Source of the DNA: Clostridiales bacterium UBA7001
GTDB lineage: Bacteria; Bacillota; Clostridia; TANB77; CAG-508
DNA: 64,000 bases
Assembly: GCA_002449785.1 (NCBI GenBank)
Contig: DJXP01000019.1
Location: forward strand, 7,287-71,286
Direction: 5' to 3'
Shown: piece after piece, positions 1-10,674 of the stretch
Position numbering within the stretch: position 1 is the first letter of the stretch
Layout: each line of letters opens with the position of its first letter
Position numbers and translations under genes: made by a program
Notes under the pieces: model-generated
What the model saw: the letters and a program-made list of their open reading frames with translations, nothing else
Told to the model about the DNA's origin: nothing
Databases searched by the model: none

Positions 1-1264
1 TTGTCTTTCCAATACCTCTTTTGGGTTCATTAATTATTCTTGTTAAACTCAAATTATCTGATGTATTTTGAATTAATCTTAAATAAGCTATAATATCTTT
101 TATTTCTTTTCTTTCATGGAATCTTAATCCTCCAACAATTTTATAAGGTATATCTTCTCTCATAAGTGCATCTTCAATTACACGTGATTGTGTATTCATT
201 CTATATAATACAGCAAAATCTGAATATTTATAATATTCTTCCATTTTTAATCTATTTATTTGTCTTACGATATAATTTGCTTCATCATATGCTGTATCTG
301 CTCTGTAAACATATGGCAAATTTCCTTTTTCATTTTGAGTCCATAATTTTTTCTCATATTTGGTTTCATTATTCTTTATAACTTCATTTGCTGCATTAAG
401 TATACTTTGGGTACATCTATAATTTTGCTCAAGTTTAATTATTTTAGTTCCTGGAAAATCTTTTTCAAAATTAAGTATATTTGTAATATCAGCTCCTCTA
501 AATGAATATATTCCTTGATCATTATCACCAACAACTGTAATATTTCCATATTTTGATGCAAGTAGTGTTATTAAAGTAAATTGTGATTTATTAGTATCTT
601 GATATTCATCTACTAATATATATTTAAATTTTTCTGAATAATATTCTAATAGATCTGGATTATCCATTAATATCTTAATTGTAAAATTGATAATATCATC
701 AAAATCTATTGCATTATTTTCTTTTAATCTTTTTTGATAAATCTCATATAATTCAGCAATTTTTTCTTTTCTAAAATCACCTCTCACTTTTGCAGAGTAT
801 TGATCTGGATCTAACATTTCATTTTTAGCATTACTAATTTCATAAATTACTGATTTATCCGAATATAATTTATCATCCAAATTTTGTTCTTTAATTATTT
901 TTTTTACTAAAGTTTTTTGGTCTGATGTATCAAAAATAACAAATGATGTATCAAAACCTAATTTATCTATTTGTCTTCTTAATATTCTTACACATATTGA
1001 ATGAAATGTTCCCATCCATATATCTTTTACTGCTTCACTAACTAGATTTTCTACTCTTATTTTCATTTCATTAGCTGCTTTATTTGTAAATGTAATAGCT
1101 AATATTTCCCATGGTTTAACATTTTTTTCTTCTATTAAATAAGCTATTTTATGTGTTAATACTTTTGTTTTTCCACTTCCAGCTCCAGCAATAACTAAAC
1201 ATGGTCCATCTGTACTAGATACTGCTTCATATTGTTTATCGTTTAATCCTTCTAATAAATTCAT
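1..1264 (-). CDS. pcrA: ATP-dependent DNA helicase PcrA/UvrD (runs off the window start)
   Basis: Not in the ORF track. Hand translation from ATG at 1264 (RBS AAGGAG): MNLLEGLNDKQYEAVSSTDGPCLVIAGAGSGKTKVLTHKIAY..., and near the window edge AVIYRMNTQSRVIED and RIINEPKRGIGK, all SF1A helicase motifs. Confidence 0.95.
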   Translation of the reverse strand, partial: MNLLEGLNDKQYEAVSSTDGPCLVIAGAGSGKTKVLTHKIAYLIEEKNVKPWEILAITFTNKAANEMKIRVENLVSEAVKDIWMGTFHSICVRILRRQIDKLGFDTSFVIFDTSDQKTLVKKIIKEQNLDDKLYSDKSVIYEISNAKNEMLDPDQYSAKVRGDFRKEKIAELYEIYQKRLKENNAIDFDDIINFTIKILMDNPDLLEYYSEKFKYILVDEYQDTNKSQFTLITLLASKYGNITVVGDNDQGIYSFRGADITNILNFEKDFPGTKIIKLEQNYRCTQSILNAANEVIKNNETKYEKKLWTQNEKGNLPYVYRADTAYDEANYIVRQINRLKMEEYYKYSDFAVLYRMNTQSRVIEDALMREDIPYKIVGGLRFHERKEIKDIIAYLRLIQNTSDNLSLTRIINEPKRGIGKT

Positions 1265-1413
1265 CAATATCTCCTTGTTATAAAACTTATGTTTGTATTA
1301 TATCTTCATTATTTTTGGTTGTCAATACAATATAATCAATAAAAGGACCACTTATTTATTATAATTTGTATTTTAATGTGGCCCATTTTATTATATTTTT
1401 TTACTTATAATAT

Positions 1414-1614
1414 TTATTGATCTTCAGTTTGTTTTTTATTTAATTCTGCTAATAATTCATCAACATCTATACCATGAACCATACATGCTTCTTCTAGTGT
1501 TTCTCCTAGTGATGCTGGGCATCCTAAACAATGCATTCCAGCCATCATCAATATTTCTGCCTTTTCTGGATTTTTTTCTAATAATTCACCAATTTTTATA
1601 TTTTTATCAATCAT
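1414..1614 (-). CDS. DUF1858-like small protein (hybrid-cluster-associated redox domain)
   Basis: GMHCLGCPASLGETLEEACMVHGID motif; GGAGG RBS precedes the second Met at 1614. Confidence 0.85.
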   Translation of the reverse strand: MIDKNIKIGELLEKNPEKAEILMMAGMHCLGCPASLGETLEEACMVHGIDVDELLAELNKKQTEDQ

Positions 1615-1682
1615 TTTAACCTCCATTATTTTACTATTAATTAAAGCTTTTTAGAATTTTATCATAAATTTTGAAAAAAGTA

Positions 1683-1711
1683 TAGACAAATCAAAAAAAA
1701 TGTTGTATTAT
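1683..1711 (+). promoter_or_regulatory. sigma-A-type promoter upstream of the VirD4-like operon
   Basis: TAGACA-N17-TATTAT. Confidence 0.5.
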
Positions 1712-1740
1712 TAACACAATTTTATAAGGAGGTTGTTTTA

Positions 1741-1821
1741 ATGAATTTTTTACTTAACCTCTTTTTCATAAATTTTGGTATCAACATTTTTATAATCATT
1801 TATTTTATTTATTCTGTTGTA
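1741..1821 (+). CDS. putative 26-aa hydrophobic peptide
   Basis: Strong RBS AAGGAGG before ATG; MNFLLNLFFINFGINIFIIIYFIILL*. Confidence 0.4.
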
Positions 1822-1861
1822 GAAATTATTTTTTTACAAAATTTACAAGGATTGCAATTAA

Positions 1862-3583
1862 ATTATAAAAAGAATAAGCTTTAATAAATTATTTATTAAA
1901 TTAATTTTTTTATTATTTTCTTTTTCAATTTTATTATTTATTAATTATGTGGTTTTTAAACCAATTTATTCTGCAAAATCTATTATTTTTCCCTATGCAA
2001 TACATCCTTTTGACATAGTTTCTGTATATCCAACTACATGGATTTTATTAAAAAAATATTATATTATTTCACTAATTATTTCATATTTAATAATATTTTC
2101 AAACTTTTACTATCATTTATCAAAAGTATCATTTTTCTCCAAAATATTAAAAAGAAAAAATAAAAATAAATATAAAGTCGATAAAAATTCAATTAATTTA
2201 TATGTTGGATTATCAAATGATGAAAAAATATATATTTCTGAAAAAGGATTATTTCAAAATATTTTAATAACAGGCACTATAGGAACTGGAAAAACCTCTT
2301 CAGCAATGTATCCATTTACATCTCAATTAATAAAGTATAACTGTAATTCTTTTTCTAAAAAAATTGCCATGCTAATACTTGATGTTAAAGGAAACTATGC
2401 CAAACAAGTAATCAAATATGCAAAAGAGTATAACCGTTTAAACGATATAATTACAATAGATTTATCAGGTAAATATAAATATAATCCATTAGATAAACCT
2501 AACCTTAATCCTATTGTTTTAGCAAATAGATTAAAAACTATATTAACTCTATTTAGTCCTAATAATACAGAATCATATTGGTTGGATAAGGCTGAACAAG
2601 TTTTAGCTGAATGTATAAAGTTTTGTAGAATTTATAATAATGGATATGTTTCATTTTCTGAAATTCATAAACTAATAATGTTTAATAATTACTATTATGA
2701 TAAACTATCTTATGTAAAAAAAATATTTAGCGAAGGAAAAGTATCAAAAACAGATTCATATAATTTATTAACTTGTATAGATTTTTTCGAAAAAGAGTTT
2801 TTTTCATTAGATAATAGAACATTATCTATTCTAAAATCAGAAATTAGTCGTATTACTAATATTTTTGTTTCAGATTATGCAGTTTCAAATACCTTTTGTC
2901 CTCCACAAAATGAGATTAATTTTAACGGTTTTAAAGATGTTCTTAATAAAGGTAAAATTGTTGTTTTGAATATGAATATGGCTGAATACAAAAATTTATC
3001 CAAAATAATTGCAACATATTTAAAATTAGATTTTCAAGCAGAAGTATTGTCAAGACTCTCAAATTCTAAACTTATTAGGCCTAGTGCATTTATATGTGAT
3101 GAATTTCATGAATATGTAACAGTTACAGACGCTGATTTTTTATCTCAATCAAGAGAAGCTATGTGTATTAATATAATTGCTACTCAGAGCTATACCTCAT
3201 TAAGAAATGCTTTAAAAGATACAGATTCTTCAAAAGTAATTTTACAAAACATGATTAATAAACTATGGTTTAGAACTGATGATACATATACAATAGAAGA
3301 AATACAAAAGCAAATTGGAAAAGAAGATAAAATAAAAATATCTACAACTATTTCAGAAAATTCTAAAGAAACCAGGTTCAACCCATTTGTCCGCGGACTT
3401 ATGTCAACAAATTCTGCAATATCTGAAAGTTATAATAAATACAGTCAAAATGATTATATTTATGATACAAATTTTTTTACTCAATCTTTAGAAACATTTC
3501 AATGCTTAGCATTTATTTCAAATGGCTTAAAAGTTGAAAAACCCAAAAAAATTCAAATGATACCTTATTATGAAAAAAAGTAA
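1862..3583 (+). CDS. VirD4/TraG/TraD-like type IV coupling ATPase
   Basis: Walker A GTIGTGKTS, LILDVKG, Walker B FICDEFH, SQSRE...IIATQS, N-terminal hydrophobic segments. The ORF track starts at GTG 1949, but the frame is open from 1862 (ATT/ATA codons after AAGGA), adding another hydrophobic helix; the start is uncertain. Confidence 0.85.
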   Translation: MIKRISFNKLFIKLIFLLFSFSILLFINYVVFKPIYSAKSIIFPYAIHPFDIVSVYPTTWILLKKYYIISLIISYLIIFSNFYYHLSKVSFFSKILKRKNKNKYKVDKNSINLYVGLSNDEKIYISEKGLFQNILITGTIGTGKTSSAMYPFTSQLIKYNCNSFSKKIAMLILDVKGNYAKQVIKYAKEYNRLNDIITIDLSGKYKYNPLDKPNLNPIVLANRLKTILTLFSPNNTESYWLDKAEQVLAECIKFCRIYNNGYVSFSEIHKLIMFNNYYYDKLSYVKKIFSEGKVSKTDSYNLLTCIDFFEKEFFSLDNRTLSILKSEISRITNIFVSDYAVSNTFCPPQNEINFNGFKDVLNKGKIVVLNMNMAEYKNLSKIIATYLKLDFQAEVLSRLSNSKLIRPSAFICDEFHEYVTVTDADFLSQSREAMCINIIATQSYTSLRNALKDTDSSKVILQNMINKLWFRTDDTYTIEEIQKQIGKEDKIKISTTISENSKETRFNPFVRGLMSTNSAISESYNKYSQNDYIYDTNFFTQSLETFQCLAFISNGLKVEKPKKIQMIPYYEKK

Positions 3584-3641
3584 CATAATCTAAATTTTAT
3601 AGATTTATTGAAAATCTAAATATATATTAAAGGAGAATATA

Positions 3642-3971
3642 ATGAAAAAAAATATTATTTTAAAATTATACACTTTTATGATTTCTTTTATTGTTCTTAC
3701 AACATTCCACACAAGCGTTTTGGCTGCTGACCCCAAATTAATCACAACTATAAATAATGCCTTTGAAAAAATAGAAAGTTACATAATGAAAATTTCAACT
3801 CCAGCAGCAGCTGTTGCTGTTGGAACAGGTGTACTTATGAAAAAATTCAGTTTTGGAGATGAAGAAAAAATTCGAACATCTAATAAACTTATTCGAGGCA
3901 GTTTATTCTCATATGGTTTTATCCTATGTATAGATTTAATATTATCTCTATTCCAAACATTATTAACTTAA
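3642..3971 (+). CDS. VirB2/TrbC-like pilin-type small membrane protein
   Basis: Signal-peptide-like N-terminus ending VLAA, then two hydrophobic helices separated by a charged loop; lies between VirD4-like and VirB6-like genes. Confidence 0.6.
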   Translation: MKKNIILKLYTFMISFIVLTTFHTSVLAADPKLITTINNAFEKIESYIMKISTPAAAVAVGTGVLMKKFSFGDEEKIRTSNKLIRGSLFSYGFILCIDLILSLFQTLLT

Positions 3972-4003
3972 TTTACTGTCTATTAAAAAAAAACGGAGGA
4001 TAT

Positions 4004-4885
4004 ATGAATATAGATAATTTAAATATTACTGAAATTATAATAAAAACAATCAATGATATTTTTTCACAAATGTTTTCATCAATTGATAATAATATTTATT
4101 CTGTATTAGATGAAATCACATTTATTTCACCAAAAATTATTTCTAACAGTTATTTTCAAAAAATTTTTGGAACATCTAGCTATGATGGAATTTTATTAAT
4201 TTGTAATAGTTTAGTTTTAGGATTCATTATATATTATGCTATAACATATTTAATTTCTCACTTAACCTATTCAAAAGCCGATACGCCCAAGCAATTCATA
4301 TTTAAATGTATAATTTTTATTGCTATTATGAATTCTTCTTTGTGGATTTGCGAAGAAATAATTAATATTATTTTTCTTATTACTATTAGTTTATCAGACA
4401 TTTGTAATAACCTTTTTGGCTATACTATTAGTTTTTCTACATTTATAGATAACATTAATAAAAATATTTATGTAAACAATACTAATTTTAGTATTTTATC
4501 ATTTGACGGTATTATAAAATCTTTTACAAGCTTTGGACTTATTAGTCTTCTTTTTACATATTCTTTAAGATATATTATGGTTCAAATTTTTATATTAATA
4601 AGTCCTTTTGCCTTTTTAAGCTTAATAAGTACATCATCAGAATGGTTTTTTAAGGTATGGATAAAAAGTTTTTTATCACTATTATTTGTTCAATTACTCA
4701 TATCTATTATTCTAGTTTTTTCATATTCAATTAACTTTTCACAAAATACTATATTATCCAAAATACTATATATTGGAGTATTATATGCTTTAACTAGAGC
4801 AAATCTATATGTTAAAGAATTGTTTGGTGGCATATCAACAAATGTTACAACATCAATCTCATCATTTTCAAAAAAATTTAACTAA
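4004..4885 (+). CDS. VirB6/TrbL-like polytopic membrane protein
   Basis: Multiple TM segments, LRYIMVQIFILISPFAFLS...WFFKVWIK pattern typical of TrbL/VirB6; GGAGG RBS before ATG 4004. Confidence 0.7.
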   Translation: MNIDNLNITEIIIKTINDIFSQMFSSIDNNIYSVLDEITFISPKIISNSYFQKIFGTSSYDGILLICNSLVLGFIIYYAITYLISHLTYSKADTPKQFIFKCIIFIAIMNSSLWICEEIINIIFLITISLSDICNNLFGYTISFSTFIDNINKNIYVNNTNFSILSFDGIIKSFTSFGLISLLFTYSLRYIMVQIFILISPFAFLSLISTSSEWFFKVWIKSFLSLLFVQLLISIILVFSYSINFSQNTILSKILYIGVLYALTRANLYVKELFGGISTNVTTSISSFSKKFN

Positions 4886-4897
4886 TTGGAGGTTATT

Positions 4898-5182
4898 TTG
4901 AATTTTATATTCCCAAAAAATTATAATTATAAAGAAAAGTTATTTGGCTTTATTGATTATTCAACTGCTATTTTAGATACTATAATTGGTGTTATATTAT
5001 ATTTTATTATTAATTTATTTATAGTATCAACAAATATTAAAATATATGCATTTATTTCAGCATTTTTACCATTTCTTATTATTAGTATTATTGGAATTAA
5101 CAAAGAAAGCTTTATTTCTGTTTTTAAATATATGTTTAAATTTATTAAAAATCAAAATATATATTTATATTATAAATCATAA
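4898..5182 (+). CDS. PrgI/VirB3-like membrane protein
   Basis: FIFPKNYNYKEKLFGFID N-terminus, two TM helices, C-terminal FKFIKNQNIYLY; TTG start after GGAGG. Confidence 0.7.
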   Translation: MNFIFPKNYNYKEKLFGFIDYSTAILDTIIGVILYFIINLFIVSTNIKIYAFISAFLPFLIISIIGINKESFISVFKYMFKFIKNQNIYLYYKS

Positions 5183-5288
5183 GAATATTTTAATAAATAA
5201 TATATCTTGTATTTGACCTTTTAAAATGATATAATCTTTTCAAACTGTACTAAAGAAAATATTTTAAGTTTGAAAAGGGGCTTTATTT

Positions 5289-6242
5289 ATGAAATTATCT
5301 CAAAACGAAAAATCTCTTCTATTTTCAAGTACAGAGATTCCTGATATATTTTTCACTGAATACTTGCCAGAAGCAAGCAGTGACTCTATTAAAGTATATT
5401 TATATATGCTTTTTTTATCAAAATATAATAAAGAAATAAAAATAAATGATTTATCTAAAACACTTTCTTTAGATTTTCCTTGCGTTCAAGATGCCATTAA
5501 ATATTGGGAGGATAAAGGCTTATTAATAAAAAAAGTAGATGGCTATACTATTGCAGAACTTCAAGAAATCGAAATTTCAAAATTATATACTCCCAAAATA
5601 ACAGCATCGCCTGAAGATGCAATAAAAAGTGCTCAAAGCCAATATAGAGCTAAAGCAATTGAAAATATTAACACTCAATTCTTTCAGGGAGTTATGTCTC
5701 CGTCATGGTATAATGATATAAATTTATGGTTTAATAAATATGGTTTTGATGAACAAGTAATGCTTGCATTATTTAATTATGCTTATGATAAACGAGCATT
5801 ACATAGAAATTATATACAAGCAACTGCTGATGCTTGGAGTAAAAATAATATCAAAACATTTAATGACTTAGATGCTTATTTTGAAAAACAAGAAAAGAGA
5901 AATAGTCTAAATAATGAAATAGCAAAAAAATTAAATTTATATCGTAAATTAACAACATATGAGGAAGAAGACATTGTCAAGTGGACTGAAAACTATGGTT
6001 TTTCTATGGAAATTATTGAAATTGCTTTAAAAAGAGCTTCTTCTAATAACAAAGTCAGATTCGACTATATAGATAGTTTAATTACAGACTGGCATAAAAA
6101 AGAATTACATTCTGCAGAAGAAGTAAATACTTACCTTCAATCAATAAAAGATAGAGATAAAAAGTCAAAAGCAATTGAAAAAAAAGCATTTGAATATACA
6201 CAAAGTACTTTTGATAATTTAGACTCATTATATGATAATTAA
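5289..6242 (+). CDS. dnaD: DnaD/DnaB_2-domain replication protein
   Basis: IPDIFFTEYLP N-terminal domain and two YIxxIxxxW DnaB_2 repeats; own promoter TTGTAT-N17-TATAAT (5207-5235). Confidence 0.85.
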   Translation: MKLSQNEKSLLFSSTEIPDIFFTEYLPEASSDSIKVYLYMLFLSKYNKEIKINDLSKTLSLDFPCVQDAIKYWEDKGLLIKKVDGYTIAELQEIEISKLYTPKITASPEDAIKSAQSQYRAKAIENINTQFFQGVMSPSWYNDINLWFNKYGFDEQVMLALFNYAYDKRALHRNYIQATADAWSKNNIKTFNDLDAYFEKQEKRNSLNNEIAKKLNLYRKLTTYEEEDIVKWTENYGFSMEIIEIALKRASSNNKVRFDYIDSLITDWHKKELHSAEEVNTYLQSIKDRDKKSKAIEKKAFEYTQSTFDNLDSLYDN

Positions 6243-6293
6243 TAGTTGTTTATAGGTAACATATAACCTAAATATTCTTAAAGGACTTTTTTA

Positions 6294-7316
6294 ATGGAAA
6301 ACACTTTATTAAAGCAAGTATTAAGGGAATATGATGAAAAAAGAACAAAAGCTATTTTAGATGCAGATAAACGAAAATATGAACTTATGAAAGTAAACCC
6401 AAAACTAATAGAGCTAGATAATGAAATTTTTAAAAATTCAATTCAAACATCAAAAGCTATTTTAACATCAAATAAAAAAGAAAGAGAAACTTTACTTTCA
6501 GATTTAAAAAAGAAAAATAATTCCCTTATTAAAGAAAAAAATGATTTTTTAAAATCTCTTTTAAAAGAAAATGAATACTTAAATCCACATTTTGAGTGCA
6601 AACTGTGTAAAGATACTGGATTTGTTAAGAAAAATGGAACTACAACAATGTGTAGTTGCTTAATACAACATGTCTTTGATATAGCTTATAATAAATCTAA
6701 TATGGGAAATTTAGAAAGAGAAAATTTTTCTAAATTTAATATTAAACTATTTTCAGATAAAATAGATAAAACTTTATACAATTCTAGTATTTCCCCTCGT
6801 GAAAATATACAAATTATTAAAGAAAAAGCATTGAATTTTATTAAAAATTTTGATGATCCAGAAGAAAAAAATTTGATATTCACTGGTAACACAGGAGTAG
6901 GAAAAACATATTTATCAAATTGCATAGCTAATGAAATTCTAAAACTTGGAAAAACCGTTCTATATCAAACCGCTCCAGTAATGTTTGATGAGATTAATAA
7001 TGCAAAATTCGGTAAAGAAAACTCAAATTTTGATTTATTTGAAAACATTCTAAATGTTGATTTGTTAATAATTGATGATTTGGGTACTGAAAAAATTTCA
7101 GAATCAAAAATAACTGAACTGTTTACTATTATAAACACAAGATTATTAAATCAAAATCATAAAATTACAAAAACTATTATTTCAAGTAATTTAAACATTG
7201 ACGAATTATTTAAAACTTATACTACAAGAATTGGATCCAGACTCGCTGGAAACTATAGATTCCTACGATTTTTCGGAGAAGATTTACGATTAAAAAAAGG
7301 AAAAAAGGAATTATAA
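6294..7316 (+). CDS. DnaC/DnaI-like helicase-loader ATPase
   Basis: CxxC...CxC zinc motif, Walker A GNTGVGKT, LLIIDDLGTE, RIGSRL. Confidence 0.88.
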   Translation: MENTLLKQVLREYDEKRTKAILDADKRKYELMKVNPKLIELDNEIFKNSIQTSKAILTSNKKERETLLSDLKKKNNSLIKEKNDFLKSLLKENEYLNPHFECKLCKDTGFVKKNGTTTMCSCLIQHVFDIAYNKSNMGNLERENFSKFNIKLFSDKIDKTLYNSSISPRENIQIIKEKALNFIKNFDDPEEKNLIFTGNTGVGKTYLSNCIANEILKLGKTVLYQTAPVMFDEINNAKFGKENSNFDLFENILNVDLLIIDDLGTEKISESKITELFTIINTRLLNQNHKITKTIISSNLNIDELFKTYTTRIGSRLAGNYRFLRFFGEDLRLKKGKKEL

Positions 7317-7359
7317 TGAATTGAACTTTTTGGGGTTTACTTCATTATAACTCCTTTTT
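7303..7359. terminator. bidirectional intrinsic terminator between convergent dnaC-like gene and gyrA
   Basis: AAAAAGGAATTATAATGAA...TTCATTATAACTCCTTTTT inverted repeat. Confidence 0.6.
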
Positions 7360-7372
7360 ATTTATACTATTA

Positions 7373-9814
7373 TTAAATTACATAATCAGATTTTTCATCT
7401 ACTATTTTTTCAATGCTTACAACTTTTCCATCATTTGTTCTCATAAGTGTTACTCCTTGTGTTGATCTTCCTAGTACACTAATTTCACCTGTATTCATTC
7501 TTATTATTGTACCAGTATCTGTAACAAGCATAATATCTTCTTTACCACTTACGATTTTTATACCAACTAATTCACCTGTCTTTGGTGTTATTTTATATGT
7601 TATAACACCATGACCACCTCTGTTTTGAACTCTATATTCATCAAGTTCTGTTCTCTTTCCAAATCCATTTTCAGTAATTGCAAGAAGTGTAGCTTTGCTT
7701 CCTTCAATTATTGGTTCCATTCCTATTATAGAATCTCCTTCATCAACTCTCATTCCTATTACACCTTGAGCTGTTCTTCCAACTGGTCTTACATCTTTTT
7801 CACTAAATGTAATACAAATTCCTTTTCTAGTAACTAAAACTACATTATCTTGTCCATCTGTCATTCTAACATCTATTAATTCATCGTCATCTTTTAAAGT
7901 AATTCCCATTAATCCATTTTTTCTATTAGAATCATATTCTGCAAGAGGTGTTTTTTTGATTAGTCCGTTTTTGGTTGCCATTAATAAAAATTTACCTTCT
8001 GCAAAATTTTGTATAGGAATAATAGCTGAAACTTTTTCGCCAGCATCTAAATTTAATAAATTAACAATTGCAGTTCCTCTAGCAGTTCTACCTGCTTCAG
8101 GAATCTCAAATCCTCTTAATCTATACATTTTTCCTTTATTACTAAAGAATAAAATTGTATCATGAGTTGATGCCGTAAAAATTTCTTTAACAAAATCATC
8201 TTCTCTAGTAGACATACCTGTTATACCTTTACCACCACGTCTTTGGCTCTTATATGTATCGACTGGCATTCTCTTTATATATCCAAAATGTGTTAAAGCA
8301 ATAACTGTTTGTTCTTCTTTTATTAAATCTTCTTCGTCAAATTCTCCTTCAGCTGACACAATTTTTGTTAATCTTTCATCTCCAAATTTGTCTCTAACTT
8401 CAATTAATTCTTGCTTAATAATATCAAATACCAATGATTCGCTTGACAAAATCTCTTTATAATAAGCTATTAATTTCATAAGTTCTGCATATTCTTCTTC
8501 TAATTTCTCTCTTTGCAATCCAGATAGTCTCTTAAGTTGCATGTCAAGTATTGCTTGTGCCTGAATATCAGAAAGATTAAATCTCTTCATTAATCTTTCT
8601 TTTGCATCATCATAAGATTCACGGATGATTTTAATAACCTCATCTATATTGTCAATTGCTATTAATAAACCCTCTAATATATGTGCTCTAGCTTCTGCTT
8701 TTTCTAAATCAAATTGAGTTCTTCTTAATATTACTTCTCTTCTATGTTTAATATATTCTTCTAAACATTCTTTTAATGTTAATATTTTAGGTTGTCCATC
8801 AACTAATGCTAATAAAATAGCACCAAATGTATCTTGCATTTGTGTATGTTTAAATAATTGATTTAAAATAACTTGTGGTCTAGCATCTCTTTTAAGTTCA
8901 ATTACTATTCTAACTCTTTCTTCTCTATCAGATTCGTCCCTTACTTCTGATATTCCTTCTATTTTCTTTTCCTTTACTAATTCATCTATTTTTATTATTA
9001 AATTAGATTTATTTACTTGATATGGTAAAGATCTAACTATTATTCTTTGTTTATTTCCTGACATTTCTTCGATTTCAGTTTCAGCTCTTAATGTTATTTT
9101 TCCTCTACCTGTTGTATAAGCATCTTTTATCCCTTCTCTACCTAGTATTAAAGCACCTGTAGGAAAATCTGGTCCTTTTATTATTTCCATCAATTCTTCA
9201 TTTGTGACATTATCATCATCAATAACTTTTATAGCACCATTAATTACTTCAGTTAAGTTATGTGGTGGAAAATTAGTTGCCATACCAACAGCTATACCAG
9301 ATGAACCATTTACTAATAACGCAGGAATTCTTGAAGGTAAAACAGTTGGTTCTTGTAGTCTATCATCATAGTTTGGCATAAAATCTACAGTATTTTTTTC
9401 AATATCTACCAACATTTGTTCCGCTATTTTTGACATTCTTGATTCTGTATACCTCATTGCAGCAGCTGGGTCACCATCAATAGAACCAAAATTACCATGT
9501 CCATCTATTAACATATATCTCATTGAAAAGTCTTGCGCTAAACGTACCATTGCATCATATACAGAAGAATCACCATGTGGATGATATCTACCTAAAACAG
9601 AACCAACAGTATTTGCACATTTTCTATAAGGTTTATCTGATGTTATTCCATCTTCATGCATAGAATATAAAATTCTTCTATGAACAGGTTTTAATCCATC
9701 TCTAACATCAGGCAATGCTCTTGAAACTATAACACTCATTGCATAATCAATATAAGCTGTTTTCATTTCAGTTTCAATATTTCTTTCGATTATTTTTCCA
9801 TCTTGCCTTTCCAT
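7373..9814 (-). CDS. gyrA: DNA gyrase subunit A
   Basis: [29 protein letters not shown], GyrA-box QRRGGKG. Confidence 0.98.
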   Translation of the reverse strand: MERQDGKIIERNIETEMKTAYIDYAMSVIVSRALPDVRDGLKPVHRRILYSMHEDGITSDKPYRKCANTVGSVLGRYHPHGDSSVYDAMVRLAQDFSMRYMLIDGHGNFGSIDGDPAAAMRYTESRMSKIAEQMLVDIEKNTVDFMPNYDDRLQEPTVLPSRIPALLVNGSSGIAVGMATNFPPHNLTEVINGAIKVIDDDNVTNEELMEIIKGPDFPTGALILGREGIKDAYTTGRGKITLRAETEIEEMSGNKQRIIVRSLPYQVNKSNLIIKIDELVKEKKIEGISEVRDESDREERVRIVIELKRDARPQVILNQLFKHTQMQDTFGAILLALVDGQPKILTLKECLEEYIKHRREVILRRTQFDLEKAEARAHILEGLLIAIDNIDEVIKIIRESYDDAKERLMKRFNLSDIQAQAILDMQLKRLSGLQREKLEEEYAELMKLIAYYKEILSSESLVFDIIKQELIEVRDKFGDERLTKIVSAEGEFDEEDLIKEEQTVIALTHFGYIKRMPVDTYKSQRRGGKGITGMSTREDDFVKEIFTASTHDTILFFSNKGKMYRLRGFEIPEAGRTARGTAIVNLLNLDAGEKVSAIIPIQNFAEGKFLLMATKNGLIKKTPLAEYDSNRKNGLMGITLKDDDELIDVRMTDGQDNVVLVTRKGICITFSEKDVRPVGRTAQGVIGMRVDEGDSIIGMEPIIEGSKATLLAITENGFGKRTELDEYRVQNRGGHGVITYKITPKTGELVGIKIVSGKEDIMLVTDTGTIIRMNTGEISVLGRSTQGVTLMRTNDGKVVSIEKIVDEKSDYVI

Positions 9815-9851
9815 TTAATAACCTCTTTTCTTATAATACTTTTATACGAGC

Positions 9852-9880
9852 ATTATATAAAAATATTACCAAAAAAGCAA
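9852..9880 (-). promoter_or_regulatory. sigma-A-type promoter of gyrA
   Basis: TTGCTT-N17-TATAAT on the minus strand. Confidence 0.55.
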
Positions 9881-9897
9881 GAAAAAAACCGTATTTT

Positions 9898-10644
9898 TTA
9901 TGCTAATTTTTCTGCTAATATTTCCTGTTCCTTAGTAATATCAAAATTATTTCCATTATTAATAATAATGTTATGTAGACTTTCAATTTTTCTGGCTTGT
10001 TTTATTATTTTTTCAATTGGTAAAGTTTTTTGAATATAATTCTCAATACTTTTATAAGCTTTAGTCATACCATTAATATCTTTATTATTAAAAGAGCTTT
10101 CCCATTTACTACAATAATTTTCTAATTTTTCAATTGACTTTAATTGTGTATTTAAATTTTCCTCTATTTTGTCACTTATAGAATTAATTACCGTATTTTT
10201 TCCATCTTTTATTAACGAAGCAATTTTACTATCGATTAAATTCTTTCTATTTGCCATATTAATTGAAAAATCTAGTAAACTTGAAATTTTATCTAAAACT
10301 CCACCTTTTTTTATCGCCATTTGTACTTGTGAAATATTTTCAAAATTACCTGTTACAATTCCAGAAAGACTTTTTCCTAAATCTAATCCAGAATTTAATA
10401 TTTCCTTTATTCCATTAAAAAAACCTTGTTCCAGTATTATATTTTTTATATCTATTACATCATTTTCAATTAAATTTGGAAGTATGGCTTTTAACCCTAT
10501 ATCAAGAGCTGTATTTATTACTTTGACGAAATCTGATTCTAAAAAGTTTTTTTGATTATTGTATAATTCATTTTCATTAACCATTTCGATCTGACTTCTA
10601 GAATTTAGTTTTGTTTCATTATTATCTAACATTAAATTATTCAT
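9898..10644 (-). CDS. hypothetical helical protein, last gene of the VirB4-like operon
   Basis: 248-aa ORF with AAGGAGG RBS; no recognisable motif. Confidence 0.75.
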   Translation of the reverse strand: MNNLMLDNNETKLNSRSQIEMVNENELYNNQKNFLESDFVKVINTALDIGLKAILPNLIENDVIDIKNIILEQGFFNGIKEILNSGLDLGKSLSGIVTGNFENISQVQMAIKKGGVLDKISSLLDFSINMANRKNLIDSKIASLIKDGKNTVINSISDKIEENLNTQLKSIEKLENYCSKWESSFNNKDINGMTKAYKSIENYIQKTLPIEKIIKQARKIESLHNIIINNGNNFDITKEQEILAEKLA

Positions 10645-10674
10645 AAATTCCTCCTTTAAATATTTACATAATTT

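Noticed and set aside
166..381. 71-aa + strand ORF and the many other short ORFs antisense to gyrA, gyrB, mnmG, parB, tex and others
   Set aside because: Shadow ORFs opposite well-supported genes, with no RBS or motifs.
5289..7316. Phage replication module or IS21 IstB
   Set aside because: No IstA or phage context; a DnaD plus loader pair near oriC is a normal clostridial core arrangement.
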